Positions 10,554-20,059 are shown, counted from the stretch's first letter. The stretch: DNA of 64,000 bases from Alphaproteobacteria bacterium (GCA_964291265.2 OZ219747.1:3392001-3456000), one strand, 5' to 3'. Numbers and translations are program-made. Notes: generated by a model from the letters alone, not told the origin.

Positions 10554-13500
10554 TCAGGCAGCCTCCACCGACCGCAGACACGGCAGTGCTTCGATCTGGG
10601 CCTTCAGACCAAGCGAAAGGGACACACGCCTCGGCAGGACAATGTCCACCACCTTGCCGCTCAGGGCGGCGTAGGACAGCGTGATCCGCCCCCCTCCGGG
10701 TTCGGCGTTGTCAAGAACCTGCTGCAGGCCGGCGAGTGACTGACCTGAGTCGATGTGCAGGACAAGGGCCTTGAGGGATTTCGCTACCATGTCGTCGAGA
10801 CGGACGACGCGACGCGCCGAAAAGCGCACGCTCTCGCCGTCCACACGACCATCGACTTCCAAGTAGAACGGTCCTGTCCCCTCGAGCGTGCCGGAGCAGT
10901 CATCGAGCGTATCGGAAAAGACGACGACCTCGTAATGCCCGGAGCGGTCCGAGAGTTCCAGGAAGGCATAGCGATTGCCCCTGGCGCTGGTTCTCTGACG
11001 CCTGGCGACCGGAACACCGGCGAGCCTGAATGGTCCCGTGTCGTGTTCACGGGCAAGGCGCAGGGCGTCGGTGTGCGTCATGACACCCAACCTGGCCAGT
11101 TCGCCATCGTAGGCTTCCAGGGGGTGGGCCGACAGATAGAACCCGATCGCTTCCGCTTCGGCCTTGAGGGCGTCGGCCGGTGTCCATGGGAGGGCTTCGA
11201 TGAGTTCTGGTTCACGCGCCTCGCTGTCATCACCGAACAGGTTCTGCTGCCTGCTTTCGCGTTCTGCAGCAACGCTGGCATTGAACTGGACGAGACGGTT
11301 GATGTTGGCGGCGACCCGGGCCCGGTTGCCGTCGATGCAGTCGAAGGCGCCGGCGCTGGCCAGCATCTCCAGTTGCCGCTTCTTGACGACACGAACATCG
11401 AGCCTGGAGGCAAACTCGAAGAGGCCCGAATAGGGACCGTTGGCTTCGCGTTCGGCAACGAGGGCCTCCATCGCGCCTTGTCCGACGTTGCGGATGGCGG
11501 CGAGCGCATAGCGCACCGCCGTCCTGCCCCCTTCGGTCTCCTCCACGGTGAAGGTGACATCCGACCGGTTGATATCCGGGGGCAGCAAGGCGATGTCGAG
11601 GCGGATGAGTTCCTGCCTGAAGTGATTGAGCTTGTCGGTGTTGCCCATGTCGAGAGTCATCGACGCGGCGAGGAACTCGACGGGATGGTGCATCTTCAGC
11701 CAGGCCGTCTGGTAGGCTACGATGGCGTAGGCTGCAGCGTGGCTCTTGTTGAATCCATACCCTGCGAACTTGTCCACCAGGTTGAAGATCTCGGTCGCCT
11801 GCTTCGGGGCGACGCCACGGCTGGCGGCGCCGGAAACAAAGCGATCGCGCTGAGCCGCCATCTCTTCCTTCTTCTTCTTTCCCATGGCCCGGCGCAGCAG
11901 GTCCGCTTCACCAAGACTGAATCCGGCCAGAATTCTGGCGATCTGCATCACCTGCTCCTGATAGATGATGACGCCGTAGGTCTCGCGCAGCACGTCCTCG
12001 AGCGACGGGTGCAGGTAGTCGATCTCCTCCTGACCATGCTTGCGGTTGCAGAACCGGGGAATGTTGTCCATGGGCCCGGGCCGGTAGAGCGACACCAGGG
12101 CGATGATGTCCCCGATGGAGTCGGGCTTGAGTTGGCTCAGGGCATCGCGCATGCCCTGTCCCTCGAGCTGGAAGACGCCGACGGTCTCCGCCCTGGCCAG
12201 CATGGCGAAGGTGTCGGCGTCGTCGAGTGGCAGTGTGTCGAGATCGACGGTCATGCCGCGGCGCGCCAGCAGGACGCGGGCGCGTTCGAGAACCGTCAGG
12301 GTCTTGAGACCGAGGAAATCGAACTTGACGAGACCGGCCCTTTCCACGTCATTCATGTGAAACTGCGATACCGGAAACTCCGAACGCGGGTCGCGATAGA
12401 GAGGAATCAGCTGCTGGAGGGGACGATCGCCGATGACAAGCCCGGCAGCATGGGTGCTGGCGTGGCGGTAGAGACCCTCGAGACGGAGCGCGGTTTCGAA
12501 CAGCCGCCTGACCGCGTCGTCCGTCATGGCTTCCCTGAGCGCCGGCTCATCGTCGATGGCCTTCTGCAGGGTGACCGGTGCGGCCGGGTTGTTGGGGATG
12601 AGCTTCGCCAGCCTGTCAACACGATGGTAGGGCATTTGCAGGACACGCCCCACGTCGCGCACCACGGCGCGCGCCTGAAGCGTGCCGAAGGTGATGATCT
12701 GCGCCACCCTGTCGGCGCCATAGCGGTCCTGGACGTGGGCAATCACTTCCTCGCGGCGGTCCTGGCAGAAGTCGATGTCGAAATCGGGCATCGACACCCT
12801 CTCCGGATTGAGAAAGCGTTCGAACAGGAGTCCGAACTCGATGGGATCGAGGTCGGTGATGGTGAGAGACCACGCCACCACCGAGCTGGCTCCTGACCCG
12901 CGCCCCGGACCGACGGGTATGTTCTGCTCCTTCGCCCACTGGATGAACTCGGCAACGATCAGGAAGTAGCCGGCGAACCCCATGCTGATGATCACCTCGA
13001 GTTCGAACTCGAGGCGTTCCAGGTAGGACCCGGTGTCGCGCGTGGCAGGAAACGAGCGGAGCCGCCGGTCCAGCCCTTCCCGTGCCTGGCGGCGAAGTTC
13101 GTCAGCTTCGGTCCGATCCCCGGCAACCGGAAAGGGCGGCAGGATGGGTGCGCGTGCCGGTGCGGTGACGGCGCAGCGCCTCGCGATCGCGAGCGTGTTG
13201 GCAAGGGCCTCGGGAAGGTCCTCGAAGCGCGCCGCCATGGCTTGCGGGCTGGCAAAGTCGTGATGCGGGGTGACGCGCCGCCTGTCACGACGGTCGATGG
13301 TGGCGCCGCCGGCGATGCACATCAGGACGTCATGGGCCTGGTGCATGGTCTCGTCGGCAAACATGACATCGTTGGTGGCCACCAAGGGTACATCCAGGTC
13401 GTAGGCGAGATCAAGCATTCCCGCCTCGCTGGCCTCTTCCGCCTCGAGTCCGTGCCGCTGGATCTCGACGTAGAGGCATCTGGGGAAGAGTTCCTGCAAA

Positions 13501-13979
13501 CGCACCAGGTGCTGATGTGCCTGCTCCATGGCTCCGGCAAGGACCAGTTGGCCGAGAGGCCCCGAAGCCCCTCCGGTCAGGCAGATGAGGCCATCGGTGC
13601 GGTCGGCCAGCTGGTCGAGAAGAAGCGAGGGGACGTCGCCGGGACTTGTCGTCAGGCAGGCTTCGCTCACTAGACCGAGGAGATTGGTGTATCCCTTGTC
13701 ATCGCGGGCGAGCAGGACCAGGCGTTCGGCGAGATCGGGATCACGCAGCCTCTCCTCCTCGTTGTGGCGGATGGCAAGCAGGGTGCCGATGATCGGCTGA
13801 ACACCCCTGGCCTGGCATATGGAGGCGAACTCCATGGCGCCGAACATGTTTCCGGTGTCGGTCATGGCCATGGCCGGCATGGCATGGGCAACGCAGAGCC
13901 CGACGAGATCCGGGATCCTGACCGCTCCCTCGAGGAGGGAGAACGGCGTATGGACACGAAGGTGGACGAAACCGGTCAT
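10554..13979 (-). CDS. dnaE: DNA polymerase III alpha subunit
   Basis: FVHLRVH PHP domain, GPGRGSGA, PDFDIDFC, GYGFNKSHAAAY; no intein-sized insert. Confidence 0.98.
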   Translation of the reverse strand: MTGFVHLRVHTPFSLLEGAVRIPDLVGLCVAHAMPAMAMTDTGNMFGAMEFASICQARGVQPIIGTLLAIRHNEEERLRDPDLAERLVLLARDDKGYTNLLGLVSEACLTTSPGDVPSLLLDQLADRTDGLICLTGGASGPLGQLVLAGAMEQAHQHLVRLQELFPRCLYVEIQRHGLEAEEASEAGMLDLAYDLDVPLVATNDVMFADETMHQAHDVLMCIAGGATIDRRDRRRVTPHHDFASPQAMAARFEDLPEALANTLAIARRCAVTAPARAPILPPFPVAGDRTEADELRRQAREGLDRRLRSFPATRDTGSYLERLEFELEVIISMGFAGYFLIVAEFIQWAKEQNIPVGPGRGSGASSVVAWSLTITDLDPIEFGLLFERFLNPERVSMPDFDIDFCQDRREEVIAHVQDRYGADRVAQIITFGTLQARAVVRDVGRVLQMPYHRVDRLAKLIPNNPAAPVTLQKAIDDEPALREAMTDDAVRRLFETALRLEGLYRHASTHAAGLVIGDRPLQQLIPLYRDPRSEFPVSQFHMNDVERAGLVKFDFLGLKTLTVLERARVLLARRGMTVDLDTLPLDDADTFAMLARAETVGVFQLEGQGMRDALSQLKPDSIGDIIALVSLYRPGPMDNIPRFCNRKHGQEEIDYLHPSLEDVLRETYGVIIYQEQVMQIARILAGFSLGEADLLRRAMGKKKKEEMAAQRDRFVSGAASRGVAPKQATEIFNLVDKFAGYGFNKSHAAAYAIVAYQTAWLKMHHPVEFLAASMTLDMGNTDKLNHFRQELIRLDIALLPPDINRSDVTFTVEETEGGRTAVRYALAAIRNVGQGAMEALVAEREANGPYSGLFEFASRLDVRVVKKRQLEMLASAGAFDCIDGNRARVAANINRLVQFNASVAAERESRQQNLFGDDSEAREPELIEALPWTPADALKAEAEAIGFYLSAHPLEAYDGELARLGVMTHTDALRLAREHDTGPFRLAGVPVARRQRTSARGNRYAFLELSDRSGHYEVVVFSDTLDDCSGTLEGTGPFYLEVDGRVDGESVRFSARRVVRLDDMVAKSLKALVLHIDSGQSLAGLQQVLDNAEPGGGRITLSYAALSGKVVDIVLPRRVSLSLGLKAQIEALPCLRSVEAA

Positions 13980-14525
13980 GACCCACTTTCCCACCCCTGC
14001 CTGTGGATGGTCCACCGCCTCGACCAACCCCCTTCGTCCGCGCAGCACGAGCCGGAACGGCGATGACCCGCCGGGACGCTCGGGACCGGCTGACCACGGA
14101 TGTGTCTCTGCAGGCGCCCCGCAAGAGTGCCGGGACAGGAAGGATCTCTCGACTGTCGGCGGCGTCAGCGTTGGTGCTTCGTTCGACCTTGCTTGCGCTC
14201 CGTTGTCGTCCTGCGGCCCGCAACCTGAGAGTTTGAATCATAATCCATTGATATTGTAATTTTTTATTCACGCATTTAACTCGTGCCCGCCCGAGAAAGC
14301 AGGACTTTCCCATGCTACGGCTGATTTGGGAAGCCGATGAATCGCGCCCGAATCGGCCATCTGATCTTTCGCGAAACCGCCGAATCGAGGCCGAATCGGG
14401 ATGTCCTGGGCGGATTCCGTGGCGTCAGTGCCGCCCGCACAGCGACACCGGCAGCGTTTTCGGCCCGGATGCCTGGTTCTTGATGGTCTGGCAGCGTTCC
14501 GGGATTCCCGGACGCTCAAGGCGCC

Positions 14526-14858
14526 TCAGGGCCGGGCTTGGAGAGGATCAGGAACCGCGTGTTGTTGGCCACCACCCCGAGCCGCTGGAACTGCTGCTTA
14601 AGGCTTCCAGCCGGTCCACTGGTCGCGGGGAGCGCACTTGAAGGCGCCGTTCTGCCACGCCGCCAGACCCAGCCAATGGCCCCTGAAGGTCGCAAGGTAG
14701 CGCAGACCGCGACCCGCCAGGCGACGGAAGCCGAGATCGTGGTACTCGTTCATCAGCGCGTCCAGGAGCGGACGCTCCTCCGGCCTCGCCAGGCGAACCT
14801 CAACCTCAGACAGGGAAAAACCCTCAGGAGCTTCCTGATGGATCGGGACAGCTTCCAT
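14526..14858 (-). pseudogene. DUF4338-like (IS-associated) protein fragment, frameshifted and truncated
   Basis: EVRLARPEERPLLDALMNEYHDLG...LRYLATFRGHWLGLAAW...RDQWTGWKP stop; after a +1 shift near 14600 it continues KQQFQRLGVVANNTRFLIL. Confidence 0.7.
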
Positions 14859-14978
14859 ACGCTTGCGAATCGACAACATGACCGGACCGTCGCACATCCC
14901 AAGCGGGATGGCCAGCGGGAAATGTCCGCGCACGTGCAACATACGAACGCCTGACGTCAAGTGAAATCAAGCGAATTC

Positions 14979-15160
14979 CAGGACCATTCTGTTGTCGCGA
15001 TCGGCGGTGGATAACCGGGTCAGAGGCCGTTCTTGAAGTGGGTGGCACCTTCTCGATGTCGGAACCGGTATATCGACAACGAAATCCTGTCCCGAATGGA
15101 CCTCCAGATCTACCTACAACGCCCCTTCATCGGACGAAACCGGACAAAAGAAGAGCCCTG
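14979..15160. mobile_element. 182-bp MITE, copy 1 (ISAs1-like ends)
   Basis: Ends caggaccattctgttgtc / gacaaaagaagagccctg (14/18 inverted match); perfect 10-bp direct repeat aagcgaattc at 14969-14978 and 15161-15170; second copy at 50130-50312. Confidence 0.9.
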
Positions 15161-15209
15161 AAGCGAATTCCAGCGTGGGACGGCCTTGGATTCACGGGGG
15201 GGGTAACGC

Positions 15210-15238
15210 TTGCCGGGCACCCGCACTGTCCGTATGAT
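15210..15238 (+). promoter_or_regulatory. Putative sigma70 promoter, leaderless geometry
   Basis: TTGCCG-17 nt-TATGAT, ATG 6 nt downstream, no SD. Confidence 0.6.
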
Positions 15239-15244
15239 GTCCCC

Positions 15245-15847
15245 ATGTCAGAGGCCATCGGGTTCGATACACACCGCTTCGTCAAGCACCTGACCGACTG
15301 CGGCTTCACCGAGCAGCAGGCCGAGGCGCTTGTCGACGAGCAGGTCGCCCTGCTCGACGCCAAGCTGGCGACGAAGACCGACATCGCGGAGATCAACGCC
15401 AACCTGGCGACGAAGACCGACATCGCGGAGATCAAGACCGACATCGCGGAGATCAAGACCGATGTCGCGGAGATCAAGACCGATGTCGCGGAGATCAAGA
15501 CCGACATCGCGAGGCTCGAGGCCGACATGGCGACGAAGACCGATGTCGCGGAGATCAAGACCGACATCGCGAGACTCGAGGCCGACATGGCGACGAAGAC
15601 CGATGTCGCGGAGATCAAGACCGACATCGCGAGGCTCGAGGCCGACATGGACGCGCTGCGCCAGGAGACCAAGGCAGGCATCGACGCGGTGCGCCAGGAA
15701 AACGCAACCGCCATGGCGGAAAACGCAACCGCGATGGCGAGGCTCGAGACGCGCATGGAGTCGATCAAGTCCGATCTGTTGAAATGGATGATCGGCCTGA
15801 TGATCGGTCTGGGAGGGTTGATGGTCGCCTTCGTCAGATTTCTGTAG
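15245..15847 (+). CDS. DUF1640/CCDC90-like coiled-coil membrane-anchored protein (200 aa)
   Basis: FDTHRFVKHL...GFTEQQAE head, ATKTD motifs, heptad repeats KTD(I/V)AEI, C-terminal TM LLKWMIGLMIGLGGLMVAFV. Confidence 0.85.
   Translation: MSEAIGFDTHRFVKHLTDCGFTEQQAEALVDEQVALLDAKLATKTDIAEINANLATKTDIAEIKTDIAEIKTDVAEIKTDVAEIKTDIARLEADMATKTDVAEIKTDIARLEADMATKTDVAEIKTDIARLEADMDALRQETKAGIDAVRQENATAMAENATAMARLETRMESIKSDLLKWMIGLMIGLGGLMVAFVRFL
15367..15740 (+). repeat. Intragenic in-frame tandem repeats (21-bp, 33-bp and 60-bp units)
   Basis: aagaccga(c/t)(a/g)tcgcggagatc repeated; KTDVAEIKTDIARLEADM x3; ENATAMA x2. Confidence 0.9.
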
Positions 15848-15959
15848 TGCTTGCGGCGGCATTTGGTCAGCGGCGTCCCGGAAGCGAAACTTGCCACCAC
15901 GCCGGCGAGCAGGACTCGATGACGAGCGTTTTCCTCACAGCCCGCCTCGCCACGGCTTC

Positions 15960-16760
15960 GCGGTCGTCGCGGTTCGCTCGAGGACCCTCTTCACGCAGAC
16001 ATGGATGTCGCGGCACAGTTCCCATGGGCTGAAACGCATCACGGCCCGACGTTCAGCTGAACGGAGTGACCACGCGCAGCAGGCGCGTCCTCGCCGGTCT
16101 CGAACACCGCGCCATCTGTCTGTTCGCCAAAGAGCCGGATACCGTTGTGTTCGACTGCGAGGCCGAGCCTGTGCCCGGCGACCTTGACGTCCCTTGGGCC
16201 TTGATGCCGCCTTCCCGCAGGCTTGCCGCCGAGAGCAAACTCCAGAGGGGTGTGGAACTCGACTCTCCGAGGCGGAGGGCGTCGTGGCCCGCGCGGGAAT
16301 GACCGTCTTGGCTGACCTTCCGGCGAAGTTCCGGGCTTGATCGACCCCCGGGCGCTCCGATCGCTCCATTGTCGTCTTGCAATCCGCCACCTGGATCCCG
16401 CTCATCTTGCCCATGGCGGTTTGGCGACGATCCGGCTGGCCTTCCTCTCGGCGCGCCGCACCGGTCCGGTGATGTCGGTCACAGCCCCACACGCCGTTGC
16501 CCTCGTCGGTGTCCACACGCGACGGTTCCCGGTGAAACTCCTCATGCGCGGCGCGGTCACAACACCAACGAACCGCGCCTCGCCCTCCCGGCATGGCGAA
16601 CCGCCGCTTGTTGCTCGTGACGTGTCGTGTTCTGGCGAAGGACCACGGCACCGGAGGGCGCCACATCTGGCGTCGAGAACAGGCGAATGGTCGTGCGAAC
16701 GCGTGAACAGCGATGGTGTCTCGTGTTCGGGAAGAATGAACGTAGCGCTTTTAGTCATCA
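15960..16760 (-). pseudogene. Decayed SF1 helicase + DUF559/Vsr-like nuclease remnant (copy 1)
   Basis: Fragments across frames: FTGNRRVWTPTRA (motif VI-like), RLGLAVEHNG...DG, AVMRFSPWELCRDIHVCVKRV (DUF559-like end). Confidence 0.4.
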
Positions 16761-16882
16761 TCCCACCACACTCACCGCGCCCTCAGATGCGCTTTCCGTG
16801 AACCTCGTGAGCCCGTACCGCGGCGACCGGTCGGTCCCCGACGTCCGATTCCGGGCAGCCCTCGGATTCGCCGGGTTGACGC

Positions 16883-16911
16883 TTGCCGGGCGGCGGCGCT
16901 GTCCCTATGAT
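16883..16911 (+). promoter_or_regulatory. Putative sigma70 promoter, leaderless geometry
   Basis: TTGCCG-17 nt-TATGAT, ATG 6 nt downstream. Confidence 0.6.
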
Positions 16912-16917
16912 GCCCCC

Positions 16918-17322
16918 ATGTCAGAGGGCATCGCGTTCGATACACACCGCTTCGTCAAGCGCCTGACCGACTGCGGCTTCACCGAGCAGCAGGCCGAGGT
17001 GCTTGTTGACGAGCAGGTCGCCCTGCTCAACGGCAACCTGGCGACGAAGACCGACATCGCGGAGATCAAGGCCGACATCGACGCGGTGCGCCAGGAGACC
17101 AAGGCGGGCATCGACGCGGTGCGCCAGGAGACCAAGGCGGGCATCGACGCGGTGCGCCAGGAAAACGCAACCGCCATGGCGGAAAACGCAACCGCCATGG
17201 CGAGGCTCGAGACGCGCATGGAGTCGATCAAGTCCGATCTGTTGAAATGGATGATCGGTCTGATGACTGGCCTGCTGATCGGTCTGGGAGGGTTGATGGT
17301 CGCCTTCGTCAGATTTCTGTAG
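16918..17322 (+). CDS. DUF1640/CCDC90-like coiled-coil membrane-anchored protein (134 aa), paralog of 15245-15847
   Basis: Near-identical head and TM; stalk has DAVRQETKAGI x2 instead of the KTDIAEI array. Confidence 0.85.
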   Translation: MSEGIAFDTHRFVKRLTDCGFTEQQAEVLVDEQVALLNGNLATKTDIAEIKADIDAVRQETKAGIDAVRQETKAGIDAVRQENATAMAENATAMARLETRMESIKSDLLKWMIGLMTGLLIGLGGLMVAFVRFL

Positions 17323-17444
17323 TGCTCGCGACGGCATTCGGTCCGCGGCGTCCCGGAAGCGAAACTTGCCACCACGCCGGCGAGCAGGACTCGATGACGA
17401 GCGTTTTCCTGACAGCCCGCCTCGCCACGGCTTCGCGGCGAAGG

Positions 17445-18000
17445 TCAATCTGTCGCGGTTCGCTCGAGGACCCTTTTCACGCAGGCATGTATATCGCGGC
17501 TCGACTCCCTTGGGCCAAAACGCATCACGGACCGGTCTTCGACCTGAACGGAATGATCACGTGCAGCAGGCGCGTCCTCGCCACTCTCGAACGCCGCGCC
17601 GCCTGTATGTTCGATATCGGACCGGCCATCGTCCCGGCCAACGCACAAGGCCAGTTCGCCCTCGTCGTTCACGCTCCTGAAGAACTTGAGGCGCGGTCCT
17701 CCAGGGCCCGCACCTGCTCCGGGGAGAGAGCCTCCTCGCATTCGCTCATATCCAGCCCGCCGGCGGGTTGCCTTCCCCGGGTTCGGCAAGAGACGATTCG
17801 AAAACGCCGGGATCGTCGTCGGGCCATTCATCCTCGCCCTCCTCCCCGGTTGTCACGGGTACACCCGCCACCATCACTGCACGGTCCGCAAGCTGCCGGA
17901 AGTCCACCGTGCCCTCATCCCAGACCGCGAGCTCCTTGCGGTCCGCGCCGGGAACGTGAAGTCCTCGCCGCCATTCTCGGCGAAGCAGAGGACCGGCCAG
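17445..18000 (-). pseudogene. Decayed helicase C-terminus + DUF559-like remnant (copy 2)
   Basis: LHVPGADRKELAVWD, GVFESSLAE, RDHSVQVEDRSVMRFGPRESSRDIHACVKRV; DNA similar to 15960-16115. Confidence 0.4.
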
Positions 18001-18463
18001 TGCTCGATGGCGTTCGTATGGTCCTCGCACCTACGGCCTCGGGCTTGTCGTCGATTCGCGTCTCGAGCGCTATCGACGGGCCTGGACCAGGGTTCGGTTC
18101 TCTGACGACACCCTGGATCCTCTGCAGTGCGGCGCCGGCCTCCAGGCCTTCGTCATCAACCTGCTGGTCGCCCACAGACTCATCCCTGCGCCGGATCGTC
18201 GCACTTATGCATGCAATCTCCGGCCTCAGGCTCTGCGAGGCGACCTGCCTCGGCCATGTCCGCCGCCTTCACGACATGCTCGCGCCATGGGATGAGGCCG
18301 CCGTGGCGCATCTCCTGCAACGCCCGGCCCTGCATGGTCGTCACCGACGAGGCCCTCACCGTGAAGTTCCCGCACCATAAGCGCCGGCCGTGACAGGGTG
18401 ATCAAGCGCATCGACCTTTCGGCACTGAAGCTGGAGTTCGCGGTGATGCTCCAAGACCGAAGC

Positions 18464-18499
18464 GTCTTGCAAGACTTCCGCAATCTTCCGCGATCTCCC
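18464..18499 (+). promoter_or_regulatory. Candidate operator upstream of protease
   Basis: gcaagacttcc-gcaatcttcc-gcgatctccc direct repeats plus palindrome gtcttgcaagac; 14/15 match to 20118-20132. Confidence 0.5.
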
Positions 18500-18588
18500 T
18501 GGCAGGTTTCTCAAGAACTCAACGATACCAACGCCGATCACGGATCGGCACCGTGCCCTCCGTTTCCAATCACAACGGAGAAGTCACA

Positions 18589-20049
18589 ATGGGTATTCAG
18601 ACACAAACGTTCCTCGCCAGCGCCATGGTTGCAGCGTTCGCTGCATCGACATGGACTGCGGCATCGGAATCGCCTCAGCCGTGGTCTCTGGAAGCAGGAT
18701 TCGAGGACGACCCCAGATCCCTCGAGATCGTGGCCGGTGGTCCGAACGGTGGTGAATGCGTTTACCTTCTGGACGACGGTTACTTTCCGGACGAACCCCA
18801 GCTCGTCGTCGACTACGTCAGCGGAAAGCATGCTCTCAGCTTCGGCACGGCGAGCCACGAGGCGGATACCATGCTCGAGGTCACGACGCCCTCGGGCGTT
18901 GTCCTGTGCGACGACGACAGCGGCGTCAGCCGCGACGCGCTCGTGACGCTGGACAACCCGGAAAGTGGTCAGTACCTGATCCGAATCGGAACGTACTCGC
19001 AGGAAGAGATCGGCAGTCACTCCGACGTGTTCGTCACCGAGTTCATCACGGGTGCTGCCAGCGACGAGATCGTCCTGCAGTCAACGCGCCGATGGTCTCT
19101 GGAAGCAGGATTCGAGGACGACCCCAGAACCGTCGAGGTGGTGGCCGGCGGTCCGAACGACAGTGAATGCGGCTACCTCCCGGAGGAACCCCAGCTCATC
19201 GTCGACTACGTCAGCGGGGAACACGCTCTCTCCTTCGGGACGGACAGCGACGAGTCGGATACCACGATCGAGGTCACGACGCCTTCGGGCAATGTCCTGT
19301 GCAACGACGACAGCGATGTCAGCAACGACGCGCTCGTGACGCTGGACAACCCGGAAAGTGGCCAGTACCTGATCCGGGTCGGAACGTACGCGCAGGAAGA
19401 GATCGGCAGCCGCTCCGGCGTGTTCGTCACTGAAATGTTTGAAGACGAGACCAGCGTCTCCTCCGGAACGGGTTTCCTGGTCTCCCGCCATCACATCGTC
19501 ACGAACTGGCATGTCGTTGACAGCGCCATCGGCAGCGTCACCGTACGGGCACTGGGCCTCCCGGAATTCCAGGCCGAGGTCGTGATGTACAATGAAGAGG
19601 GCGACATCGCGCTTCTCTACGTTCATGACATGCCCGAAGAGCTGAGCGGGGTTGTCTTTCGCTCCCGGCCGCCGGTTTCTGTCGGCGAAACCGTCTTCGC
19701 CTTCGGGTTCCCGATGTCGAACGGCAACTTCACCCAGGGCAACGTCTCGGCGCTGACCGGTGCCGACGGTGATCTCACCCGACTCCAGTTCACGGCCCCC
19801 ATGCAGTTGGGCAGTTCCGGTTCGCCATTGTTTGACGCGGAGGGACATGTGATCGGCATGGCGACATCGAGATTCAGGGATGAACAGCTGGTCAACTTTG
19901 CCCTCCGCGGCGCCCTTGTCCGGGTCTTCCTCGATGCGAACAATGTCGACTACGAGCTCGCGGACCTCGCTGGCATCCTGCCGCCGGCCGACATCGGCAG
20001 CCATGCTCAAATCGCCGTGGTGGAACTGATCGTCAACTCCACTTCGTAA
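18589..20049 (+). CDS. Secreted trypsin-like (S1) serine protease with two tandem N-terminal PPC-like domains
   Basis: Signal peptide; duplicated WSLEAGFEDDPR...CDDDSG...PESGQYLIRIGTY domain; triad VTNWHVV / DIALL / GSSGSPL; GGAG RBS. Confidence 0.88.
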   Translation: MGIQTQTFLASAMVAAFAASTWTAASESPQPWSLEAGFEDDPRSLEIVAGGPNGGECVYLLDDGYFPDEPQLVVDYVSGKHALSFGTASHEADTMLEVTTPSGVVLCDDDSGVSRDALVTLDNPESGQYLIRIGTYSQEEIGSHSDVFVTEFITGAASDEIVLQSTRRWSLEAGFEDDPRTVEVVAGGPNDSECGYLPEEPQLIVDYVSGEHALSFGTDSDESDTTIEVTTPSGNVLCNDDSDVSNDALVTLDNPESGQYLIRVGTYAQEEIGSRSGVFVTEMFEDETSVSSGTGFLVSRHHIVTNWHVVDSAIGSVTVRALGLPEFQAEVVMYNEEGDIALLYVHDMPEELSGVVFRSRPPVSVGETVFAFGFPMSNGNFTQGNVSALTGADGDLTRLQFTAPMQLGSSGSPLFDAEGHVIGMATSRFRDEQLVNFALRGALVRVFLDANNVDYELADLAGILPPADIGSHAQIAVVELIVNSTS

Positions 20050-20059
20050 CGATCCCCGA

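Noticed and set aside
10755-12896. Long plus-strand ORFs opposite core genes (also 7930-9543, 29405-31243, 42503-44443, 47886-49781, 58593-60389)
   Set aside because: Shadow ORFs caused by high-GC codon bias opposite well-identified genes
15038-15244. N-terminal extensions of the DUF1640-like ORFs in the ORF track (also from 16627 and 50210)
   Set aside because: They run through MITE or intergenic DNA; homology and promoter spacing place the starts at 15245, 16918 and 50366
15367-15740. CRISPR-like short repeats
   Set aside because: All units are multiples of 3 inside a coiled-coil ORF, with no spacers
15910-15937. caggactcgatgacgagcgttttcct as a closing TIR for DUF1640 genes 1 and 2
   Set aside because: Only about 7 nt match to the MITE end, wrong orientation, and no TSD
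17247-18400. 377-aa plus-strand ORF or transposase relic
   Set aside because: Low-complexity, overlaps decayed minus-strand remnants; VVTDEALTVKFP only faintly resembles a transposase tail, too weak to call
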